Shown: piece by piece, positions 12,891 to 24,033 of the stretch
Layout: each line of letters opens with the position of its first letter
Numbering within the stretch: position 1 is the stretch's first letter
Origin: Lingula anatina
Taxonomy: Eukaryota; Animalia; Brachiopoda
Length of the DNA: 64,000 nt
Assembly (NCBI GenBank): GCA_051362555.1
Contig: CM120646.1
Location: 20,088,001 to 20,152,000, forward strand
Reading direction: 5' to 3'
The notes under the pieces: generated by a model
The model's database searches: none
What the model saw: the letters and a program-made list of their open reading frames with translations, nothing else
What the model was told of the DNA's origin: nothing
Translations under genes and position numbers: made by a program

Positions 12891-15417
12891 GAAAAAGTTA
12901 CATTTCAATGAACGAGGTTTATACAAATCTCTTCAAATTAATAATCTCCACAAAATTACATTGCTCGTCAATTCTCTCAGAGGGTCAATATCTTTTGGGA
13001 ATGTTCTCACAGTGTTCATTTCATTAATTTTACAGGTTTAACATACATTGTAAAGGTCAGGTAAATATATTGACGCATGAATCATTTTGAATTTTCAATA
13101 AACATGAGTAGAGCGCTACGCGAAATGTTATTAAAAAAAGAAATATGATTAAACTACCTACATTCCAAAGAGTGGCACAGCACTCCGCTTTTAAAACAGA
13201 TTTACTGGCTACCAGTTCGGAGTAGATTTTTTCTTACTTCTTCATCATTATTTCTGTAGTTATTTGTATTATACCTTGCCATTATCTATTTATTATAAAT
13301 ATCCAGATAGCAAGAAGTCGTCGAGCCGACAGCAAGTTTCAGCTACGAAGTTAATCCGATGCGCCACTGAAGAGGACAACGCCACCGAGCCGATTACGGT
13401 GTCGCTGTCGCTGGATAGGAATTATCTTTAAAGAGAATCGTTTTAAGTGTAACAAGTTATAACTTTTTTAATGTTCTTTAAAGGTTGATTTAAAGTGTAA
13501 CAAGTGACAAAAGAAAAAATATATTAATTTTGTTATAGGTAACTGGAAATAACGTTTTGTAACCGTGTGGTTTTTATTTAATAATGTTGTCTCTAGTTGA
13601 TTATTTGCATTTCTTTTAATAAACCATTTTGTAAACAAGTTTTGTCTATATATTTTTATGAGTACACAAGTGAATCAGATTTCTTTCACTATTTGATGTC
13701 GAATAAGCCGCCGTTAAAAGTTCATTTATGGGATTTAGAAAAAGCCCAAAAAGGCCATTTTCGGGTTGTTACCTTTCCCGGTCACAAATGCCACTCTCCA
13801 CGTCTTAACTGGAACCCAGGTTTGGACAAACACGGCGGTTTCCTCTTTGTTTTCTGATTGGTGACATTGTTTTGAACATATTTATTTTTTGTTTCTGATA
13901 CATATACAGTAATAACCCGCTATCCTGTCTTTTGGACCCTTGTTTCATTTCTTGCGCACCCAACATACCTTCATCTTTGCTAAAATACAAATCTAGGAAC
14001 TGAAAAAAACAATTCCCAGTTCTTTCGTGTTTTATTCGCCAATTTCACATTCCACACGACCTCCACTTTGTAACACTGAACGCTTGATTTATTGATCAGA
14101 GTCTGTCGCCATAAATCAGCGCGAACAAAGCCAGTTCTCCGTCTTGCCACCCGATGTGTGATTGATAGGTTAAGGAATTAAAAATATAACTGATGCACTT
14201 TCCGGGGCAGGATGGGGTTAAGATTTAAGGCCCGTGAAAGGAGTAATTTATTCATTGACACAGGTGTTGCTCGTTCTGGGCCACACACGCACAGATATTA
14301 TCTTCGGCATGTATCCGAAGTGTTTCTTTCGGTAAGTCAACAATAAATTCGATTTTGCTTCAAGTGGGCTTTGGAAAATTCTTGACCTTAATTTAAGGTG
14401 TTTGACCGTGAAGTAGATACAGAGGACTCTGAATGTTCGCACACGTGTTCAAATTCGAGTGCCAAGACGGCAAACAAATACATAGGTACATGTTTTACTG
14501 TGTCGTACAACCCGGAGCGTATTGCTCGCATGTATGCCTTATGATGATCAGTTTCCAGTCCCTTCGGGCTTGAACTTTTTTTCTTATCAAGACAAAACAA
14601 TACACCGCATAATTTGAGAACTACATGTATCTTTGGCAACCAGTGGCGGATTCATTAATTCACGCTGGAACAGGATCTTTAACACACAACCCACCATCCT
14701 GCAGGAAAAATATCAATATCTTTTAAGAGAACATACTAGTCTTTTTACAATACTTATATTAGGGCATACAGTCGGGTCTCCCTTTCTTTTGAGAAGGGAC
14801 TGATGATCCGCCATTTTGCTTTGGAAATGGGGCGGGCGTAGGGGGAGGGAGGGGGGTATAAGCCCTGAGTTTCCACAACGATAACGCTAACCACGACAGC
14901 ACATAAATGATTTTTAAAGATAAATAAATAAAAACCCCGCAAAGTTTAAAAAATATTTCCTTTGGAACTTATTCCTCTGTATAGATTCTTGTCCTAGCAC
15001 ATGTATATGACCTCGTGAATCTGGATTTTCCGTGGTTCAAGACATTTACTAATTAAAACTGGTAACCTCGAAGCGATTGACAAGCTATCAAAATTAATTT
15101 TGATATTAACAAAAAACAAGCAGAACCAGTTCTGGACATATTTAATGGCGTCACGGTAACCGGACAGTCACCAGCCAAGCAACAGGCCCAGTCTAGGGCA
15201 TACATATCATCAGTTTATCGTCAGTTTATCATCTTTTGAGGCAAAAAGAAACGGCACAACAACACCACAAAGGCGAAGATGCCGCAGTCAGATATTATTC
15301 CAATCAATTAACAGGTGTTTACAAAATTTTTGGCCCACGGTAAAATTCGCAATGAAATTACAATAAGTGCTCTAACCTCAGAGCCCAGTTTCATCTGTAC
15401 GCCGAGAAGCCGCAGCA

Positions 15418-18400
15418 ATGGAGTACCGGCACTGCAGACGCCTGGTTCTGATCGTGATCTTAAGTACGCTAAGTCGAACTTTTGCAAGTAACCACCTTAC
15501 AAACAAACAGACCAGTTATATGTCTAAGTCATCTGGTCGTAATACTGAGAATGCGGTTTTAAAAGAAAACTTGAATCGCGAACAAACGGGAAAGTTTGCA
15601 GTTTTTGATTCTAAGGAGTCAAACAGCACTTACAGAGGAACAACGAAGGCTATTGTTTTGAACGACGAAGATAGCAATGACGCGTCAGGGGACGAGGCAG
15701 ACATACAGACCGCCGCCTCTGGATTCGACTTGGCGAGCCATACTTTGAAGGAAATCATCCATAAGGTGCACAGAATCGAGCAATTAGAGGAATCCCAGGA
15801 GAAAAAACTGGACAATATTTTTGCGTTTCTGGCCCAATTGGACCTCGCCCTGTCGGACATACGGGATCAAATTTCTGGTGAGAAAAGTAAAGTTTTAAAA
15901 ACTTTAAAAAGGCAGAAGTACCGAAATATTGGCACGAAGTGCACTCGTCTCGGACCTTTATCAATGTCAAACGTTTTTCCCCCCAACAAATTCAATATAA
16001 ATAGCGTAAACATTCAAGAATTCAAGTCAAATATTGCTTTATAATACCAAAAAAATCACTAATAAATATACCCAAGCCTTTCTTAGCATATTTTCCCGGT
16101 CTGTTATTTTATAATTATTTTTTTATTTACACAGATTTACCTCTGGATGTCATGCAGATTCTCAACGCCAAAAATATCATCAATACTGCTATCGTGTCAG
16201 TCCCTGTTGACAACGAAAGACAAGAGCTGAGACGTCCACGGACTCAGAGTGACTTACAGCTACAACAGACGTCTTCTGAAACTAAAACCAAGTTTGGTAT
16301 CGTTCCTGCTTTGTCTGAAAGTGAAAAGCTCTCAAATGTTGATGTGTCAATAACGACAACAGCAGCATCAGTCACGACAACAGAGACTAGCCCGTCGCCC
16401 GCAGTGAAGTACAGGTCGTCAATTTATCATCTTTTGAGACAAAAAGAAACAGAAAGACTACAACACAAAGATGAAAATCGTCGTCAACCGCACGAAGTAG
16501 TAGAGCAACAGCAACAGCAGAAACAACAACATAAACAGCTGCGCAATTTAGTTCGAAATTCCCCTGTTGACCAACTGGGAAGTGGGTCTAGTAGCACGAG
16601 ACATGGGCACCGGACATATACCTCCCCCATAGCCACTGGCACCCGAAGAGCACAGAGACGCTGGCTCATCACAAAATTCGGATCACGTGAGGCAGCATCC
16701 ACGCTGAGGTCCCGAGAGGAAAAACACCTTTCAGGTAAAATCGAGCAGTAGTACTACATTTTCATTTTCAACTGCCTATGGCAAACGCCAAAAGTATAGA
16801 ATAAAACAGCAAACGTCTACTTGCACGCTGAAAAGCATAAACCTATACTATCCTTATGTTTCTGAAAAAGTCCTGAAAAAATATGTTTTTTACTTTACTA
16901 AAAAATGTTTGTTATTGCACGGGCGACTTCTTAAATGTTTGATTTTTTAAATGACAACCATAAAAAATAATGCCTGCATTACATGCAAAAGAAAGGAACA
17001 GAACCACACGCACGCATTGTCCACATCCCGATACATGTGACACGTTTCCGGTTAAAGAATTGATAGATTCTTGGCGGGGAATGCACGTGCGACCTCAACT
17101 GCTCTCACTCTACCCGTGATTATTATTATTATTTCATACTGACCCCTCCTTGGTTACTTTAGGGCACAAGTGTCCCTAGAAATACCCACCACGTTTAACC
17201 ACAACAATGCAACCCTCTGTGCCAGGATGTTTTTATGCCGTGCGTGTGTAGAGATGTGGTCAGACAAGACCCAAAGTGAACTGGAGTGGCCCAACTGTGC
17301 TTTAGCTCCAGGGTCCAGAACAAATGTATGCTTTACATCTCTGTTAAGGTAGCAAGGCGACGCAAGAAGTTTTTTTTAATCAATCTAAAGCAAATTTATC
17401 ATTTTTTTAAGCGCCACAATTGATAGCATTCAACTTTTATCTCTTATTATTTGGTTTGGAGGTGTCTTCAACAAAAACCATGGGGAATCGGGCAAAATTG
17501 TAACTGCATGTACATGCCCGTAGCCAGGGGGGTTCGGGGGGTCGAAAGAACCGCCCCTTTTGCTGGGAAAAGGTCCACTCTGGGTAAAATTTGGTCTAGG
17601 TACATAAAGTTTTTATGGGAAAAGGTCCATTTTTTCAGAAGGAGAACCCCCCTTTTGAAATTGCTGGCTACGGGCCTGATGTAGTAAAATGTTTTAGTGT
17701 TTTAACATCGCAACAGTTTGCTTGAAATCTGAATGAAAAATATAGATTAATGACTGTAATCATCCAGTTTTTAGCCTTTTTAAATTCTTACCTAGGAACA
17801 AGAAATTGTTTACATTTAAAGAAAGTAATATTCTAAAGGGGTTTTATACCATCATTGGTTACAATTTTAATTCTAACGTTTTGAAAGACCACTTATTCAA
17901 CAGAACACGATGTCTCATTTTACAGAATGCCCCAAAGGATACGACCTCCGCTACGGTAAGAGCTGCTACTACGTCAGCCCCCGCTACTCGTACACCTTTG
18001 CGTGGGAACAGGCGCGTGCGCAGTGTACGGCTCTTGAGGGGAGTCTGCTTTCAGTGGAAACATGGGACGAACACCAGTTTCTGAAAACGCACTTGAAAGG
18101 TAACACATTTTCGATATTCCGATTATTTTATCCGCATTCCTTCTCTGTACTTCTTCTCATAATACTTTAGTGATAAGATAATTCCGATTAAATGATCATA
18201 TGCTCTAGTTTGTGGCGTTTATTAAGTGCCTACAAAGCCCTACTACTGATATATTGTTTATCGGGTATGTTATTATCATAAAGTAGCATAGGTATATTTT
18301 TAAAAAAGAAAGAAATACTTTCTTATGTACATTATTCTGAAATCATTATTGCAGATCGTGAACGGTACGGCTATGTATGGTGGACAAGCGGAAAATACTG

Positions 18401-18593
18401 GCCACCAACACAACTGTTCATCTGGACAGCCAACGCCAACAGAGTGACCTACGCCGACTGGGCACAGAACGAGCCGAAGGTGCGAGAAAATCGCTGTATT
18501 ACGATGTGGAGCGGGCTCCGGTTTAAGTTCTATACAACCCCGTGTGACGTACTAATTGCTACGGCGTTTATATGCGAGGTGCATCTAAATTGA
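15418..18593 (+). CDS. Secreted protein with coiled-coil/low-complexity stalk and C-terminal C-type lectin domain (~490 aa)
   Basis: Exons 15418-15877, 16135-16734, 17926-18099, 18355-18593, all phase-1 junctions. Signal-like N-terminus MEYRHCRRLVLIVILSTLSRTFA. CTLD: CPKGY..GKSCYY..FAWEQARAQC..EGSLLSVET..EHQFLK..WWTSG..FIW..YADWAQNEPK..RCITM..PC..AFICE. Confidence 0.85.
17513..17678. mobile_element. hAT-like MITE with 5-bp TSD, copy 1
   Basis: TIR catgcccgtagccag...ctggctacgggcctg flanked by atgta/atgta. Related copies at 32244-32413 and 33631-33800. Confidence 0.75.
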
Positions 18594-19950
18594 TGATGTT
18601 AAAGGTTTCCCCAAAATCACAGCGCTACGTGGGCATCAGAATCACTGATGGCAAATCCTCGCCTTCTTCACACCCATGAACTATAGACAGCTGACTTAAG
18701 ACTACTTGCACTAGACATCTGTGCAGGAGAGTCCACATATTTTATTCAGTCATGTTGACAGTTCTTTTTCTTTTTGCAGTAAATATTGTGTTCAAACTGA
18801 TCTTTTTAACTACATTTAACACCTGCCGTTGTGTTTAGTTCTATTTATAATCAATTACTTCAATCACCTTACGGTTTTCTTCAATAATAAGTAAATGATT
18901 AAATGTTCTTATTCATTTATTCATTCATCATCCCAAGGATTAATGTTAATACACATGGTATTTAACCCTGAGCGCTGTGGTTAACTTTTTATTTTCCATC
19001 TTTTTCTTGGATATTTTGATCCACAATGTGTCTTCTCTCAAAGAATTATCTCAGCAGCTGTGGTTAGCGCTAAGGAAAAGCGACAATTTATTTTTTCAAT
19101 CAACAGTCAATACTAATACTGTTACATGTAATAACACGAGCAGATGCTCTAGATAGATATCGAAATAATGTAGGTAAACAACATTTTCAATATCAAGTGT
19201 TAGTTGAAGAAAAATTGGATGTTTTGCCCCCTCCCCTCTCTCTTTGATAGCACTGCCAGTGATGACCTCATCTGACCTTTTAATTTATTTTCGCATAATT
19301 TCATTGCGCTATTTACAGAGGTTTGGTTAAACATTATCCTGGTACCATAGGCATAATTTATAAATATAATGCAATCACGGTAAAACCCACGAGCTCTGAA
19401 GTAATCAAGGCACCCACAACCGAAACAATGGTGGTCACATTGCACGTGCCGCGGTGACGTCACTGATATGAAACTCCTCGATATTCATTGCATAATTATC
19501 AACGATAAATGCCGCAAGGAGTCACGGATCGTGACCAGGACTACAATGTAAATAAGGAAGTTGAATCTTAATATAGGTCAATGGTAAGTTAACTCTGCAT
19601 AATTGACAATAAAATTTCTTGTGTGCACGCGTGTTCGCGTGCTAGTTGAAAAACCCGTTCAGTATTTATTGGGACTACTCGACGAGGCGGAGGCAAAGGT
19701 CAAATATATCAGAAACAACACAACTCAATGATTTAAAGAATTTTTATGTAGAAATTGTCTTCATATCATTGAGGTGATATGTACATACAAACAAGGCTTA
19801 AAGGAATACAAACGGGAAAACGCTTTAAACATCTAAGCAACATCGATTAATATGTTTTATCACGGTGCGTTTACTTGCTTGTAATTTACGCGGATAAAAA
19901 TATACATGCACGTGTGTTTATTTGCCCGTGTGTATTTGGGTGTTTTCACC

Positions 19951-19988
<38 letters not shown>

Positions 19989-20345
19989 TAGAGATATATA
20001 AGAGATGTCCATTTATGCCTACGCAAAATAGTTAACAAGGAAGGCGCAAAAGGCACATTCACAAATGAAAATAAATAAAACACCATTCCTCTGAAAAATA
20101 TAAAACTAGTGTAGCAAAAGTGAAAACGTTAACTTATATATGAAAATACAAGGCAGTAATAAAGCCTTTCTGAAAAAAATATCATCATACGAATACCTTA
20201 TATGTTGCAAGAGCTACACAGCAAGTCGGCATCAATTCTTTAAACAATTAACTCAAGAACGATGGCAGTTCTAAAAAAAGTAATACAATACGGAATCAAT
20301 AGATCAATAAAGTTGACGTACATGTATAAGAAACAGCCATTAGAG

Positions 20346-21145
20346 CTACGACGATAATGACGTCACTGTCCCCCTGTGCCGATGTCTGCGTTGTTGGCGT
20401 GGAGCAGAAGTAACACTCGGTGACGGAGACGGTTTTCCCGTGGACGCCATCTTTGTCGTGGTCATCTTTGCGGAACCGCTCGTGTCTTGTGGTGAAGCGG
20501 GGGGAAAAATTCCACCAGATGGCCCTTTCTTTCCTGCTAAATTCGGACTGAGTGCTTTCGCAGACGATGGAGTATTTGCCGTCGAAGTTGGAAGAGAAGT
20601 TGCCGCAGATGTTGATGTCTCCAGTTTTTCCCGATCAACAGAAATCCAGTTCTTAATATGGTTGTCATAGGCGCGAATTTCATTCAGGGTTCTAATAAGG
20701 GCATGGGAGTATATTTCCATTGTACCAAGGTCCAGTGTAGAAAAAGAAATATCGGAAGGCCGTGGAAGTTTGAATGCCTCGAAAATGAGCTGAAGCTGAA
20801 AAAAAAAAAAAAAAAAAACACCTTTCAAAGTGCTCTATCAATGAATCCAAATGCAGGTAATGTGGCCCACAATTAACACTAACAATAAACGTGTTAAAAG
20901 GAAAGGGGGCTATTTAAAAATTTTGTATCAAAATAAAATTAGTTTTTTTATCGATTATAATTATATTGACGTTAATATAAAAATTTAAAGATTTAAATAA
21001 AATGAGTCGTAATTTGTAAAAATGGAGGGTCTTTAAATTACAAGAGGTGGCAAAACCTTGAAGAAAAAAATATTTTAACGAGACCATTACGTCCACGTCC
21101 GCGTCACTCTTGACGCCGTATATTCGACAGAACTATTTATTTGCG

Positions 21146-21199
<54 letters not shown>

Positions 21200-21764
21200 G
21201 TTCACCTTATCAATTCCCACCGCCAAACTTCCATTGAGTGAAAGTGTCTTCTCCTGGAGGTCTTTGGCATAACTTGGTAGAGTGATGTTGAGAAGATTTT
21301 CAATCGTCTCTCTCCATCCCATCACATTCTGGTACACGCAGGTCGTCTTAAGCTATAAAATATATTTAGATAGTAAATATGAATGTAAACAAAGTCAAAA
21401 GAAAAGAACACCAAAGCATTTCACCTTCAAAAATAGAATTTAAATTCGGACAAAATTAAAAATTATGCAAACGTGTGCACTTAATTATGAATTAGGAGAA
21501 ACAGGTCCTAATACAATGTTGTATTTATAAATTAAAACATATGCAGATAAAGTGCATCGTTTAATGTTATATGAAAACGAATTACAAGAAGACCACCCTA
21601 AATCACATCATAATTGTTTATGTACGTAGTAACTAAACTATCTAATGGAATGTAACGAGAAACAGTTTCATTTTTATACATTTATTTGATCTTTGTTAAA
21701 CCCGAGATGGTAAAACAATTTGTTTTTTTTTGTAAATTATTATTATTATTGTTATTATTATAAA

Positions 21765-21817
<53 letters not shown>

Positions 21818-23363
21818 GACAGCCCCTGTCACTGATAGGTTAAACAATTAACCTCTAATTAAATGGCCTCAGAGTCCTGACAAACAAAATATTTATAATA
21901 AACAACTAAAAATCGCGTTTCAAAATATAAATTCATTTATTATTTAAAGGCAACCATTTCACAGATAGCGTAGAACAAAAACGGTGACCTGAAATTACCT
22001 TTCCTGGAAAATTTCAACTTCGGGTTTGAAATTTGAAAAATCTTAATATTGAGACAATCCCTTACCTGAGCGTCGCAGGAAGGCGTGGTTGCGGGCAGAC
22101 ACTCCGGCCGGAGCTGGTCACTGGTCTGAGAAACAGACGTTGTCACGTCCCACGGAAGGCAGTAACTGCCCACCATATTCTGGAAAAAAAAAACCCACAA
22201 ATATACAGATTAGGTATAGTTTAATTACACGTAAAGGAAGCGAAATAAACACGAGGGATGCATTTAGCGAGTTTATCTGGCGTAGAAGTCACCATCCATT
22301 TAAATGAATTTTCACTTTTACATCAATTTGCAGTTTTCTTAATTTGTAGAGAGATCTGTTATCTGTCGTGCTGGACCTCGAATTTCAGAATTTCTTAATT
22401 TTAATTTATAACTAATTCTTGTTAAGGCTTTATGAATAAATAACCCTTCTTTTTTCCCTATAATTTGTAGGGTCAAATTTTACAGTTTTGTCGTTGAGCG
22501 AGTCTTGCCATTTATTACTTATGCTACTTAAACACACTGTTTTAAAATCGAATAAAGTTCAAAATTAACACTTAGCATCGCTATGCAGTGGTGCGGTGTT
22601 GGTATGGAATATAGAAAATGTTGATGTTATTGTTCTTAATGACACATTATTTATGTCTGATAATCTACATGTTAAATGAATTACACGTAGTGCGATTTGA
22701 AATGATTATCAAAATATGAGCAGAGAAAACAACCGTCCATAAGTTTTGAAAAAGATTTTAAAACAACAGATACGCCTCATTTGTGAAGGGAATACGCCAT
22801 TTGAGATATTTTCCGATTGTTTTTTTCACGTATTGTCATGAAAATGGATATTAATCTTTTTCACGAAATTTACACACAACGTCCAGATATAAAGAAAAAC
22901 AAATAAATTCTTTGATAAAAAAATAACCAAGTTTCTAAAATATATCATTAAAACAGGTCTATTGGCATAATTTTAATTAAAAATAAATTTGAAAATTCCA
23001 CTTTCTTTTCCTGCGCTTGAGATTGTCGCAGGGAAATTTCAGCAGGTTGAAAGTTCAAAAATGAAGAAGCTGCATCATTTCGGATCTGAAGCATTTTTGG
23101 ACATTCTATCCGACCATATCAAAAATACGTGAGAATGGTCATTCACGCTCACCTGGACTGTAGGCAGGGTAAGTAAGGCGTCGGACTCGCCTCGGATCCG
23201 TGTCCACACTCGGATAAAATCGTTAAAATACGAACGTTGTCGAAGTCGTGAGATGCTTTGATCGCCATCTGGTTTCTTCGGAACCGGTTTGCAGTCTAAT
23301 TCCGCCACAAAGATCAGCAGCAGCTGGATGACTTTTTCTGGAATAATGATAGATCCAGACCAT
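20346..23363 (-). CDS. Putative secreted long-chain four-helix cytokine-like protein (IL-6/G-CSF-like architecture); start uncertain
   Basis: Exons (minus): ~23337/23363-23153, 22179-22066 (114 nt), 21352-21206 (147 nt), 20795-20346, joined by three phase-0 GT-AG introns. Signal-like KVIQLLLIFVAELDC, four amphipathic segments, four Cys in the mature part, S/T/P-rich basic tail. The gene itself is well supported; the cytokine call is inference. Confidence 0.65.
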
Positions 23364-23593
23364 ACTGAACTGGAATTGACTCATTCAGAAATGAAGAAAA
23401 TGCCACAATTTTAGAAAGAAAAGATCAGTTCAGAGCTGATACACGTGCGATTTCACCAACCCAGCTACACAGGGCAGGCAAAGTTGCCTGGGTCCTGTCC
23501 CGCCCGGTCCTGAAGACTAGTTCCCACTCACCACTGGCCGCTTTAAAACCACCTGCTACTGTTCCTCATGTACAGCGGTACGTACATGCGTAT

Positions 23594-23596
<3 letters not shown>

Positions 23597-23638
<42 letters not shown>

Positions 23639-23647
23639 ACCAGAGAG

Positions 23648-23699
<52 letters not shown>
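23597..23699. repeat. Compound (CA)n/(GA)n microsatellite
   Basis: Seen directly; lies upstream of the cytokine-like gene. Confidence 0.95.
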
Positions 23700-23818
23700 T
23701 TCCCCAAGCGTAAAACCTTAAACCTGCCTGTGATATGTTATCTCCTGTAAAAGCAGCCAACTTACAGTACTCTAAAGCTGCCCCGGTGTATAATATGACA
23801 AATTCAAAGTAGCAGTCG

Positions 23819-24033
23819 CTTTCACAAATATTTCACAAATATATTGCCGGGAACCTAATTGAAGTCTAGAAGTTCCGGGTCGTGATGTACAAATGCCCCC
23901 CATGTCGAGAACAAATTAGTTTATCGCTCATATGTATCTTTCTTAGAATTTGACTATTCTCAGATACACATATGTATCATTGGAATTTCCCGAGGAACTG
24001 GGAGACGATTTTTCAATTTACAGAGCGACGTCA
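23819..24033 (-). promoter_or_regulatory. Cluster of C/EBP-like, GAS-like, NF-kB and CRE-like motifs upstream of the cytokine-like gene
   Basis: On minus: TTGTGAAAG/TTGTGAAAT (23819-27, 23830-38), TTCCCGGCA (23845-53), GGGAAATTCC (23982-91), TGACGTCG (24026-33). Confidence 0.4.
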
